A stretch of 64,000 nt of DNA. It comes from Fimicolochytrium jonesii. Lineage: Eukaryota. Below, in pieces: positions 1-12,400 of this stretch. The number at the start of each line of letters is the position of its first letter. Within the stretch, counting starts at the first letter, position 1. The stretch lies in assembly GCF_025526975.1 (NCBI RefSeq), contig NW_026515683.1, positions 310,001 through 374,000 of the forward strand. The letters run 5' to 3'. The translations under genes and the position numbers were made by a program. Below the pieces are notes generated by a model, which saw only the letters and a program-made list of their open reading frames with translations, was not told where the DNA came from and ran no database searches.

Positions 1-3000
1 TGATAGACGTCTCATTCAGCAGCAATCGTTCTATGGCGCGCAATGTTAAGATCTCTGGAATGCTGGCATGGTCCACTGGTGCTGAGGACGCCCGCTTGAA
101 ACGATAGTACTTGAAGGCCACTTGCTGAGAGCCTACTCGGAAGGATTCCGCTGAATCCTGACTGATGATGCTTTTAACGCTATTGTACTCAGGTCCATTC
201 GAATGAGCCATTGTTTATACATACCTGCTGGCAATCGGGTGGATTGCCCAGGTGGGACTTATGGAGGATAGCTGCCTCAAAACCAAGTCGCCCTCTGTCC
301 TGAGATTTTCGATCTGGGACAAATTTTCGTGAGCGAAGGAGCGAAACGTAAGTTCCTATACGAGAGGATGCGCATACCTCAATGCCGAGAATGAACTCGT
401 CCAGCGTTTTTCCGCTCGGCCTTGTGAAAGCATTGATCCTTAAGGATGGCAGCACATTCGCCGAAACACTGTATCGTAGTGTCCGATAACTGGTTTTATC
501 ACGCTTGTCCTAATGGACATGAATGCTTGTTAGTACAGTGCTAAGCAAGCGGCCTACTGGCATCCGTCAGCTCACCTCAGACTGATATCCAAACAAGAAG
601 CGGAAGTTCTGCTTCCCAACTTTATCGCCGCGTATCCACAAGGGGATTATTGTGGTCATGCCCGCGCCCAGCACGCGCTCCTCATCGTTGGGTTGGCCCT
701 CTTTGATGGGTAATTGGAAGGGAGTCGTTCCAAGGTTGAAAAGGAGGTTCGGGCACTTCATAGTCTCCTGGAACATCCCTGCGGTTTCCGCATCGACTTG
801 CCCTATAGAACAATATGGTAAGCGCCGCAAGCCGTACGGCGCAGTTCTCATAACGCTCCCATACCGTAAACGGGAGCGTCCAATCCATCATTGTTGCCAA
901 CGGAAAAGAAACTCGGATGACTGGTCTTGAGCTGCAGATTCCTCAACCCGCGGTTCCCCTTGTTGTTGATCTCCAGAACCACCTGGGATACTTGCCCCGA
1001 TAGAATTGCAGTCGGGAAGGAGTGGAATATGACGTCCAAGACTGGCATAGGTGAGGTCACGGTGAGCGAGAGCTGCGAGACCACGTCCTTGCCACCCTTT
1101 CCTTTCGCAGGGAACTCGCGTGTGGTGGGGACGACGCCGCAGAGGGTGTAGCGGATCCCTAGGATCCTGATCTCGCCTTCCTGTTTGGGAAAGATGCGCA
1201 ACTGCACCTGAGACGGGAATGAGAGTGTAAGTTCCGCCCACTCTCATGAAGACAGGAGCCCAGCAAAAGTATACCTGTTTCTTCTCCCGATCACCAAGGG
1301 CTACTTCAGGTATATTCTCGACGTCATACTGGGGATGCTCAACCTTAAGAGGCGACTGGCTATCCGCGATCCACCGCAAATCGCTAACGATTGGAGGACC
1401 TCCGCCGAAGCTACATTCGAGATGAACATTGTTGATCTGTATTGGGATATCCATGGGGTTCCGCACTTCGAACGTCACAAAAACCGGTTCTGTGTCGCGA
1501 TGGAGATGCATAAGATCAAGGAATCACAGGTCCACGAGAGCTGCGACGAGGAAACTGACCTCCAACAGCACATGTTGTTTTCCCTTTGTTAGCAAGCGAG
1601 AGCGTAGGCTGTAGCAGACCACTCTTCTTAAACCCATCCTCAAAAAGCTCGTTTTCCATCGTTTCCCACGTCTCGTCCATGTTTGCAACCTGTTTAGGTT
1701 GCCCGGAGTGCGCCTCGAGCAAGGACACATTCGTGGACCAAAGGTCGATGATCGGAATAGGTAGAGCCGGCAGGTTTTTGACGTTCTGCTCGGATGCCTT
1801 AGCTGCGTAGCCATATAGGTAGAGGAACTCCCGCAGGTAGGCGCTCTGTTGCATCTGCGATTGCCGGCTCGCTCTGAGCAACTTGAGGAAGAAGCCTACG
1901 GCGGATTGAAAGTCACCCAAATGGAAGCTTTGACGGCCGAGCGTGAAATTGATATGATCCTCCACAAGTGCCCAGTCGCGCTCGTTATATACTGCTCTCG
2001 CCCCATTGTAGCATCGGAACGCGTGTATCCGCTGCCCGCATTTGCTGAAGCGATGTCCGGCGAGAATGAGATGGAATGCGTACTTCCGAACCATGGGCGG
2101 CTGCACTTGCAAGAACAACATAGCCGCCTGTTCCAGAAATAATGCACTCCGAAGATCCGAATCCTCGCCAGTCATCCTGATCAGCAACGGCGCTGCATCG
2201 CGGATCAGTCCTTTCTGCGCCAGAATTTCGTAATGAAGCATAGCTGCTCGCGTAGAGTACAGTGAAGCATTGCTGTCCGTGTAGCCAGCCACGGCAGCGT
2301 CTAGATACGTTTCCAGGGAACCCTTCCCAACCCCCTCCGAGATGGCCGACGTAAGGCCCAACAGTTCTTGGGTCCCTGCATGATATTTCAGAAGTTTATC
2401 ATTGTTCTGGAAGTCTTTCCGCACTAAGTCGTAGGTTTGAAAAGCAAGGCGGTAGTCTCGAAGCATAAACGCAAAGTCTGCCAACCGGCGCATAACCATC
2501 TCCGGGGCATTATGTGGGAACATCATCGTCCCAGTCTTGTCGGTGACTGGCACGGGGGAGGTGCCCTGCGCTTTCCCACTGCCGCCGAAATACTTCATGC
2601 CAAGTCGATTCAGCCGCCCTGTAAGCGTCCTCCGGTTGGCGGCCACCTGCTCGTTCCACTGCTGCATGCACGCCTCCATATGCTTGATCAGTTTTTGCGT
2701 CACCAGGGACCTCGTGAACATGTCCAGTGCGTTGACATCCTCCTGGGTCAAGAAGCCAGCGGGCGGGAAAAAGGGGATATCTGCGGTGGCCTCATGTCCT
2801 GGAGTCGGTAACCCACCGGCCGTAGCTGGTTGTTGCTCGTTTCTCTCTTTATATATCGGAAATCCTTCGTCTGTGATCGGCGACATGAGGGAATCCTTTC
2901 CCGATGCGACAGATGCCATCGAGGTCCTCCGCGCCGCAATCTCCAATTGCTCCAATATCTTCTGGAATTCGGCATCGGTTCCTGTCCAGATATCTGGAAC

Positions 3001-4059
3001 CGCTCGCGCCGGTGGTGTCTCGCTAGGATGCAGTTCTGTCAGAGAGACTGGGGAGTGTGGGATCGAGTTGATGCGGGCGAGAAATGAGTTTGGCGCAAAG
3101 TTCTTCAGTCGTAATAAGACTGCCTCTGCGCTGCGACAGAGGCGTTAGAAACCCAATCTGCATCGACCATTCATCGCAAACGCACGTTCTCTTACTTAAC
3201 GTGAGGTGCCAGAAAGCTATCGTGAAGCAGAAGGAAGTACTTGGGTATCGCAGGGTCCAAGTAAGGTCTCTCCGTGACGTGCATTGATTGAATCTCTCCA
3301 ACAAGCTGCTGGGCGGCTGCTATCGGATCGGGGTTTGTCGTCGACACAACGCAAAGATCTATAAAGACATTCTTCAAAGTGTTGGTTTACGTCGATGGGT
3401 GCGGTACATTTTCAAGCTTCAAAAAACATACATGCCACTGGATGATTGAAGGTCTCATGTTCCGAAATCCCAGTATATTTACATACGCAGTTCCGATAGT
3501 CCGTGTACCATGGAGTAAGCTCCGCAACCTTGCCTATGTTTGACGACCGATTAGAGCACGCTCCCGAGATCCTGCTCGCAAACGAAAGCGATGCAAACCA
3601 TTTGGCGGAACATCATCTTTATCCCTCAGGACAGGCAACGACGGTTTGTCCTTCCCCCGGTCGCGTAGGTATGCCAGAACAGTTCTGTGGATAACATCAC
3701 TTCCATACGACTCGAGTTGCCTGATGTCCCTGAAGCGCACTTGGAAGCGGTCAACCATATAGGCATGCATCTGGACATCGTACACCTGGGCTTGACACGA
3801 AGGAATATTGGCATTTCAGTGGAATGTCCGTCACATGAGGCAGCACGCACTGTCCTCTTGGGACCATGATGCCTCGGACAAAGCCGCGGCTGCTCGCAAC
3901 TGCATAAGTACCTTGTCCCACTCTATCCCCGAAAGGTCGGAGAAGCTCCGCTATAGAGTGCAAACCATTCAGCTTTGCGAGGGCGTCCGCCTCCGGCGAA
4001 GCTATGGTGGCCACCAAAGGCGCTAGGACGCCATGGACGAAATCCTTTCCAGAGGACAT
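1..4059 (-). CDS. TRS85: TRAPP III subunit Trs85/TRAPPC8, multi-exon, 3' end runs off the window
   Basis: N-term MSSGKDFVHGVLAPLVATIAS..AELLRPFG; core MRRLADFAFMLRDY, SALFLEQAA, RKYAFHLILAGHRFSKCGQ, W..VEDHINFTLGRQ, then Ig-like segments (EVRNPMDIPIQI); exons joined by short GT-AG introns. Confidence 0.93.
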
Positions 4060-4860
4060 GACGATGACGGCGCTTTATTTGTGACAGGCTGACGCTGCGT
4101 TCGTCGGGCGTTCCTAGGCAGTGTATCTCCGGCGAGTGCCTGATGTGAAGTGGTTATGACAATCTCGGTCAGCCGGGGAGGGAGTTGGAGATCACCGGAA
4201 TGTGAAGCGGTGCGCAATGCTTCGCCGCTTCATCACATCACAAACGCGTCGCAACGTCGGCTGGGATAGCTCTGATGCTGGCTCTGATGTGAGTATTGAC
4301 ACACCGACTCGCAGCCACGCTGCTTGGGCGGGCATTTGCACTGGGACCGCCTTATAATGTCCTGATTCACTGTTGGCCTCCATGCAGAGTTTTTGCCCCG
4401 ATTCTTAGAGTGCGGCATTTGCAAGCCTTCGATGCTAAGGGAAACGAGGGGCGGTCGAACATAAACATGGATAAACGGAGTTCTGATCTGCTTCTCAACC
4501 GTTGGCCATAATCTGCATGCTGTTGAGCACTGTGAGATTGCCTTGTCGGATACATGAAGTACCCCTACCCCATGCACCCAGCAAAGACCCAAATGCTTCA
4601 GAGGGGAAGTTCTCGGCACCACGACTGGCTGAGAAGCATCGACAGTCCAAAATGCCGGTGTCCACTTCCCAATCAGCACATTGCTATGATCTCCCGGAGA
4701 ACAACATTCCATCGCCCTCCTTGGTTCCACGGATGGACCGTGCTTCAAAACAGCAATGAAACCGCCCACAGTAGGAACTCTAACCAAATCGAGAGGTTCG
4801 AGAAATTGCGACCGAAGAGACGTGCGATGTGTATTATGTATGGAAACAATATACAACAGC

Positions 4861-5666
4861 TTAATCGAAGAGACCGAAGCCCATGTCGTCGTCGGATTCC
4901 TCCTTCTCCTCCTTCTTCTCCTCCTTCTTGGCCTCAGCGGGGGCAGCGGCACCACCGGCAGCGGCACCTCCAGCAGCGGGAGCAGCGGGTCCTAAAGAAA
5001 GTAGAAAGAATTGTAAGTGACTGTGTCGCAGAGTAATGGGAACGCAAGAAATTGTGAGCTTACCAGCAGATCCGACGTTGAACAAGAAGTCACCGACGTC
5101 CTTGCCAGCGAGAGCCTTGGCGAACAGGGAGGCCCAGATGGGCTCGACGTCGACACCGGCAGCGCCGATCAAGGAGTTGATCTTCTCGGCCTATTGATTA
5201 GGAGACAGTGAGTATTTTAGTATATGAGCAAAAGGTTCATATTTCCATAGCAAGCCTGTGTTTCAAGACACCACGTCAATATCCAGATAGCGTCAATCTC
5301 CACCAAGCTTCGTTTGCCTTTGCCCCTTGCGTTGCACGCAAAGCCGTCGCCGCCATGGGTCCCACATATCCAACCCAGAAACCGCAGCTGGTGAATTCCA
5401 CGAAACCGACGTCGTAAGGACCCTTGTCCCGGCTATGTGTGTCGTCCGGTCCTGCCATGCCCGCCTCGCCAGTCCCCTCTACCTATCCACCTCCGAAGCT
5501 GTCCTGTTCCGCGTTCGACCACCAAGCCATCCGCAATTCCACATGTCCCACTTTAACCCCTAACCATCCATCCGCACAAATCGATACGTACCGTGATCTC
5601 AACACCATCGTCGTGGAGGATAAGAGCGGCGTAGACGCACGCAGCCTCAGCGGTGGACAAAGACAT
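4861..5666 (-). CDS. RPP1: 60S acidic ribosomal protein P1
   Basis: Spliced [52 protein letters not shown]...[13 protein letters not shown]; intron 1 at 5191-5591, intron 2 at about 4992-5063. Confidence 0.96.
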
Positions 5667-5748
5667 GATGGATGGATGGATGTCGTGATAGCTTGTTTAA
5701 GCGTATATGCGGCCGTCACGTTGGTTCCAAACGATGGATGGATGGATG
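5667..5748 (+). repeat. Two (GATG)4 tracts just upstream of the RPLP1 start codon
   Basis: gatggatggatggatg at 5667-5682 and 5733-5748. Confidence 0.8.
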
Positions 5749-6392
5749 CGATGCGAATTGGGGCAGTTGCGAGCAAAAATAAACTTGAACACTCACGCAA
5801 AGTCACATGACGGGATTTAGTCCCGTTATTCAATTATGGAAGCGACGCGCTCTTGGTGAGTCATTTGGAACACGAGGCGATGGCAGCGATGATGACCTCA
5901 TGCCCCCCGGAATGACGGGCGCTGTCACGCACAGCCGCGTTTTGGTCTTGGCTTGAACGGTGAACCAGGTGTGAATTATTCACAGCCAAGCCTGCAAGGC
6001 GCTTGCATTGGAGATGACGGCGCATTTGCGTGCCTTTCGCCTGCCCCCCATGCCCCCCCACACAGGCATCACCGCCATATGCTTGGAATGCCCCTCGTTT
6101 TTCTAAGCCGTATGTACTTGGCGGAAGAGTAATAAGCCGGATATATAAGGGCGAGCGGTGCCGTGGGACCTTCCTCTCGACTTCACAAACACAAACTTCA
6201 AAGTGATCTCGCGAAACAGCTGAACCTCCTACTCGCTCAACTTCAAACGGCAAAGCGAAAGCCTAATAAACACTTCAATCGACCTCCTATCGATACGCAC
6301 GGAAGGCAAGCCTCCTTCCTTGCGCACATCCTACATACGATCGACGTCAAAACCAACACTTTAAGCCCAAGTAACCCCACCATCTACAAACT

Positions 6393-6644
6393 ATGGGCTC
6401 CCAACCCTCTCGTCCCGCATACAGCCAACAAGGCTACGGCGGCTACGGCGGCGGTTACCAGCAGCAAGGCTACGTCAACCAACAACCACAAGGCTACTAT
6501 GCCCAACCAGGCTACCAACAACAGCCTGTGTACTACCAGCAGCAGCGGAGAGGGAACGACGGGTGTCTGACAGCGTGTTTGGCGGCCCTGTGTTGTTGCT
6601 GTGCGGTGGATGAGTGTATGGATTGTTTCTGTATGTGCTGTTAG
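6393..6644 (+). CDS. Small cysteine-rich membrane-anchored (CYSTM-type) protein
   Basis: 83 aa; Q/Y/G/P-rich N-terminal part, then [29 protein letters not shown] at about 6142. Confidence 0.85.
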   Translation: MGSQPSRPAYSQQGYGGYGGGYQQQGYVNQQPQGYYAQPGYQQQPVYYQQQRRGNDGCLTACLAALCCCCAVDECMDCFCMCC

Positions 6645-7260
6645 TGAGGGGGAGATCCGAAGGTTGCATATCTCGACGCAGTGGGGAAACTTAGTCCGCG
6701 AACTGCATCCCCTCTTCTTCCCATATCATATTAAATACCCTACAAGTTGGGCATTTTGTACATATAATACCGCCTCACGTCCCATTTGCAGATCGCTTCA
6801 CGTCTCAATATCATATTTTCTTGGTCCATTCTGCGTTTAACCGTTAAAGTGTCTGCTAAGTTGGGAAGTTTGTAAAGAAGTTTCGTGCTTCGTGAGCAAT
6901 CCATTTTGCCTAAAGTGCTGACCGAACCGAAACCTTGCCCCTCTTCGAGACGGCACACAGGCCACAAGCCATCTTCTCACTCTGAATTTTGGAAAAAGGT
7001 GGGCACATAATGTATTTGAACAAATGTTGCCAGTATCAGTGCGACTTCTCAAGTAATATCGCAGAGTGGGGAAGAATTTCAAAATCGAGGAGGGGGGGAT
7101 CGACCGGAGTACAGGTGGAAAAATCCCTCCATCAAGGCCAAAGCCGTCAATGGAAAATAATGGGGGGAAAGACATGAGAAAATGTGCGTGGGTTTAACTT
7201 TTTGAGAGCAAAGATACCGAGAGGACGGGGAGAGGAAAATGGCCAGCAAATCACCCAAAA

Positions 7261-8592
7261 TCAGTGCTGGCGCTGCATCATCATGAGCAGCAGCGCTCCT
7301 TGCTCGGCGTCCGGGTCCACTTGCATGTCCGTCGACTGGAACGACTGAGATCTCGTGTCGAACCCCGCCGACGAGGGGGCTCGTGGTGCCGTCAGCTTGA
7401 TTCGCTTAGTCCTAACCCCGCCTGTAGTCTTGTAGGAGGAGGATTCGGGTGCCGTGGCTAGCGATGTGGCAGACTGCGGGTTGGTGGGGGACGTTACGCG
7501 TGATATTATCGGGGACGGTGCCGGAGAGGGGAAGTACGGATGGTGATGATGGGTGTGGTACGCGCTGGTTGCTTTACGCGCACTGCTTCTGAACGACGAT
7601 GAGGTGTCAGAAGGCGCAGCTGGGGGCAGTTCGCTGTTGGCGGCGCTGTTTTGAGTGTGCAGAGCCGTGAATTCCGAGAGGGAGGGCAAGCCCAGCTTGG
7701 CAAAGTACGCATCGGTCTCCTCTCGGAGCTTCTGAGTCATGATGCTGCCCAGATTCTGACCAGAACTACCGTTGCTCTGCACCTCTGTGCCAGGAGGTGA
7801 CGGATGCTGATGAGCGAATTGGCGAGACGATGCAGGCATTGGAGTGAACGCGAGTTTCGCCGGTGGCTTCTCAGGCGATACATTCCTGTGAATCAGATGG
7901 TCGTTCTGATGAGAAATGCCTATCAGACAATTGGCTGCCGCTGCCATGGACGGGTCGATTTCCTCTCCCTCGGCTATTGGAGGCGGTGGAGGTGGAGCAG
8001 CTTGCCGAGCTTCTGCGGCTCGTGCGGCAACAGCCTCAGCTTCCCGCTTCTCACATAACTCCATATACAGCGCTTTGACTTCGTCGAACGTTTTTTGTTG
8101 CCACCCATGCCTCACTTTGAGCTTTGCGTATTCGAGCCGCTTCTTCAACGCATTCGCCACCCGTGAGACTTCTGCGCGGCGCAGGACCCTGTTGACACGA
8201 CGCAGACGCTCCTCAGCAGCGTGTTGCCGGTTGGTCGCCACCCGCGCCCGAAACGCCTGCAGAGTCGTACGCTCTTCATCCAGTTCTGAGCTGTTTTGCT
8301 GCTGTTGTGGCGACCCTGAAAGAGATGCTTGCTGCTGCGGTGGTTGTTGAGACTCGCTTCGCGCGCTCGTCGAGTGTCCGTGTTGCTGCCCAGTACGAGA
8401 CCCGGTTGGAGAAGGACGCTACGATGCACGGAATAAAATATTGCGGCGTTAGAGACTTCATAAGGATAAACAGCCGGCAAGCAACACTCCCACGAGTAGC
8501 TCCTTCAAGTGCCGTTCGCTTCACAGGCAACAGCGGGAGTTTTCTCGCAGGAATTGTTCGGCCGAAGGAAAACATTGTCTTCCACTTACCAT
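7261..8592 (-). CDS. Whi5/Nrm1-family G1/S transcriptional repressor
   Basis: LKKRLEYAKLKVRHGWQQKTFDEV matches the GTB motif (LxxRLxxAxxKxxxGW); ATG 8592-8590, then gtaagt intron 8589-8419 (ctaac..tag), giving in-frame MRPSPTG...; many SP/TP sites including SPEK. Confidence 0.8.
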
Positions 8593-8710
8593 GATTTCTC
8601 TCTGGTATACCCGTGACTAAGAAAACTCCACAATACGTTCGCGTACTCAACGGACGACGATATGAAGACGAGCTTGAGGCTTCACGAAGAACGTAGACGG
8701 TGAGGGGGAA

Positions 8711-9071
8711 TTTTCGCGGCAGTCGTTCGCCATGAAGGTTGGACAGACATACCTTGCTTGCTTCAGATAGAGAGTGCTTTTCACAATGTGCAGACGCCTT
8801 CTCAGTTACAGAGTTAAGCGCAAACGAAGAAGCAGACCTGAGTGGTCTGGAGCAGAAGAGAGTGGACAGCCGCGAAGTACAGGAACTCGCCGAAAGTGTC
8901 CGAGGTCCGGTGTGGGATGGGTCCAAGAACGGAAGGACGAGGGGAAGGCGTGGGCAGTTTGACACGAGCGCGAGAAGGAGGTCGGGCGCGTCAAGAGGCG
9001 CCCCATATTGAATTGCATACTGTAAATAATCTGGACATGGACGTCGCTCTCCGCTACGCGCCCATTTCGCG
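8711..9071 (-). promoter_or_regulatory. Two CGCGAAA (SCB/E2F-like) sites upstream of the Whi5/Nrm1-like gene
   Basis: TTTTCGCG at 8711-8718 and TTTCGCG at 9065-9071 on the + strand. Confidence 0.4.
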
Positions 9072-9444
9072 TTGGGCCGTTGGAAAGCGCCGCGCAGCTT
9101 TACATTCGGATCTGCGACAAAAGAACAAAACGCCAAGCAGGCTCTATGACCAGACACAAGCGTACTCCATTATCACACTGCCTTTCATGCCCAGATGGTG
9201 ACCGGAAATCCCATTCACTAAGGAGACGTTGTATTGGGGGTGCGGTACCCAACATCCCAAAGACGAGAACATGGTGCCAAAGTGAACATGTTCCGATTAT
9301 TCACCTTTTCCGGGGTACTTTTGCAACAACGGCTCGAGGGACGAATACTGACAGAGTACAGAAAGGGCGTGACTACCTACGACGCCGCACAGCGGTGCTC
9401 CGTTGACTTTCCAGACGATCGCCCCCCTTAACATCTTCCACTCC

Positions 9445-12400
9445 TCAACTCCCACCCACAGCTTCCTCTTCCGAATACACCGGTTGGCCCTGCTCGTCCA
9501 CATCATCAAAATCGCCGTCGTCCTCAGACCCTTGGTGATCCATCGCATCTTCATATCCTTCATCGTCTGCATCATCATCCAGAACATCCGACTCGGAGGT
9601 ATACATATCCCCTTCAGCCAAATGCTGAACATGGTGCTGATGATGATGGTGAGGGCAACAGTGCGCGTGTTCCTGACCACCGGCAGGATGCTGGAAATCG
9701 AGTTTCAAAGCGTTCGCAACTTCATCCTGCCACTGCCTGTTGCGCTGCATGATTTGCAATAACCGCTTCTCCAGCGCTTCTTCCTCCCGCCGTGACGTCT
9801 CGAGCTCGCGTTCAAGCATATGCACGTCGGTGGCTAACGGGTCGTGGACGCCACTCGCCGCACCTGAGCCGTCGTGCCCGCCACCGGCACCCCACAACAC
9901 GGGCGGTCCGCGCAGTCCAAACATCTCCCATGGAATAGGCATGCCTGGCGTGATGGATCCGCTAGCAACGGCCGCTAGTAAGGGCGCAGGGTTGAACACT
10001 ATAGATCCGTGGTGATCGTCGTGGTGCGTGTGATGATGGTGATGCGCCTCTCGAACGGCATTTTCCATGCTGGCAGCGTCGCTCACCACGGGCCGGCCAT
10101 GCTCATCTACAAACACGCCATACGAAAAGTATTGCTCAATCTGAGCAGATGATGCCGGAGGTGGTGCTGGTCCATGGACCTGCACTGGTGCAATCTTGGG
10201 TTTTCTGCCAGGAGTGTTTCCGGGCATACGGCCTGCGGCGGTGGCCGCAGCGGCAGGTGATATGGTGTTTGCGAGCATCTCGCCGTTTGACACGAGTAAA
10301 CGTACGGTGTCGAGAAGCTTCTGTATGTAGTTGTTCTCAAAAGCGTGAGACGAGGCCGTGGACGAAGAAGCAACGCCGGCTGGGCCTGCTGGATACTCTT
10401 CTATTCCGTCCGTTCCCGTATCGTGGTCAATGCTCACATAGGAATCGTCGTCCTCATCGGATTCCAAAGTGTTCGGATCAATGCTTTGATCCGTAAATGC
10501 TCGGGCCCCACCGTCCCCGCCTTCATTGTGATTCTTTTGCTGACGTCTGATCTCCCTTGCTTCGCGTACCCTCTTCATGACCACTTCAACGCTACGGCAT
10601 TTGGCCTTCCAATCTTCCGTCGTCCAATTCGCGGTCCCGGGATGCAAACCGACGCCAAACATCTCCGCTATCGGCGACATCATGTCGATGCCTTCTCGCT
10701 GGTCAGCGCTGGTTCCGCTTGCACCAGGCACGTTGATCGTCGCAGTGTATTGCTCGCCTTCGACATGCCCAACCTCCTTCGTCGCATGTTGGACAGCTCC
10801 AGATGCTCCTCCTTGAGATGTGCCCGCCGCGTGATGGACTTGTCCTTGCAGCTTCAAGGCATATTGTTCGAGCTTCGACACCTGTTCCGCGACTCGCTGA
10901 ATGTTATTCTTCGTTTGTATGTGCTGCGCTTGCGTTTTCGGCTTGGCTTTCGCTTTGCCTTTCCCTTCCTCTTCCCGACGGACCTTCTCCGCTTGTGCCT
11001 CTAGACCCTCGTAGAGGAAGGCTGCGGTGGTGGCTAAGCCTTCGAGCGCTTGGTCGATGAACGTGTTTGCATCGATATTCATTGTGCGTCCGTCAATGTT
11101 GACATTCACAGTACCTTCGGGGGTTGGAGTAGCCCCCTGATCGGCAAGAGCTTGTGCGTACTCTCCAGACAGGTGCCCCAGACTTGCGGCCAGTTGATCA
11201 AGCTGTTGCACATTGATCCCCAGACTACTCAACCCAAAGCTGGCCATAGCGTCGGCGGGAGCGTGATGGTGGTGGTGAGCATGTGCTTGAGGTTGTGCTT
11301 GAGGTTGAGGTTGAGGCTGACGACTACTTTTGGCCCGTTTAGGAGGAGGGCCGGAAGGAGCCACGTCGATCCGCACATTCATGTTCGCCGGAAATGGTTC
11401 GTGAGGGCCTTGGTAGACATAACCAGCAGTAAGCTGACTGAGAGCACTAGTCAAAACCTCGGTATTGATCTGCATATCCACCGAGCGCGTGCCGTTCGGA
11501 TTCGTCGTGAAGAGGGATGTGATGTCGACTTCATGTGTCCGCGTAGCTGTGTTCCTATCGGCTTTCCGTTGCTTGGCTGACGCGGGTTTCTTTGGCTGGC
11601 TTTGCGATTTCGTTTTCAAGGGTTCACTGGGCTCATTTCCGGTGGGTGGTTGCGGGTGCGCAACAGTTGCGGGTTCTTTGCCCGTCGGTTTTGAGGGGAC
11701 CTGCTTTGAAATCGGCGCGTCCGCCAGCGCTGTGCTCCTAGCTGGAGTCTGGGTGTCGACCAGAACTGGTGGAGTCAGAACGGTAACCGACTGGGGCACT
11801 TCAATAGGCTGAGATAAAACTACTGGTTTTCGTTTGACGGGAATCCTTTTCTCCTTCCGTTTCTTCGTTTTGCGACTGACAATAGCTTCCACCTCAACTT
11901 CCGACTCAATCGTAGCTTTTACAGGGGTAGAGATTAACGCCTCTTCCTTGACAGGGTTGCTCGCCACCAGCGGTGGCTTTTCCGATTCCTCCACTTTCGT
12001 TTTCCCTCCCCGTCGCTTCGCCTTCGGACTGTTGACAGGCGACTCGGACCTTCCCGCACTCTCCACCAGACGGAGCTCCTTGACGTCCCGACTAGTGACA
12101 GGCTCGTCATCCAACGGGGGCTTCGGAGTGATGCTACCAGTTACACGCTGCGATGTCCTCTTCTCTTTTCCAGGTTCGGCTGCCTTGTCCCCAGTTTCAG
12201 TTTCCGAAGCCACCCCAGCGCCGTTTGTCGGAGTGCTCTTCCGCGCCGGTGTGATGGTCAAAACACGACGAGGGACTGGGCTCGAGATTTTCGGGGCAGC
12301 AATCGAGGGGACAGGGGTGTTTGGCCTGATAACCGACGTCTCAGCGGAGGGCGTTCGTGACGGCATTGGTCGGGCGACTGCATCCTTGTTAACCGCCTTC

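Noticed and set aside
4233..4967. 244-aa ORF with a poly-Arg run
   Set aside because: Alternative frame of the RPLP1 Glu/Lys-rich tail running into the 3'UTR
8276..9157. 293-aa ORF upstream of the Whi5-like gene
   Set aside because: Spans the promoter and intron in another frame; the spliced ATG model explains the locus
11281..11320. (TGAGGT)n-like tandem repeat
   Set aside because: Coding repeat for QPQPQPQAQ within Not4
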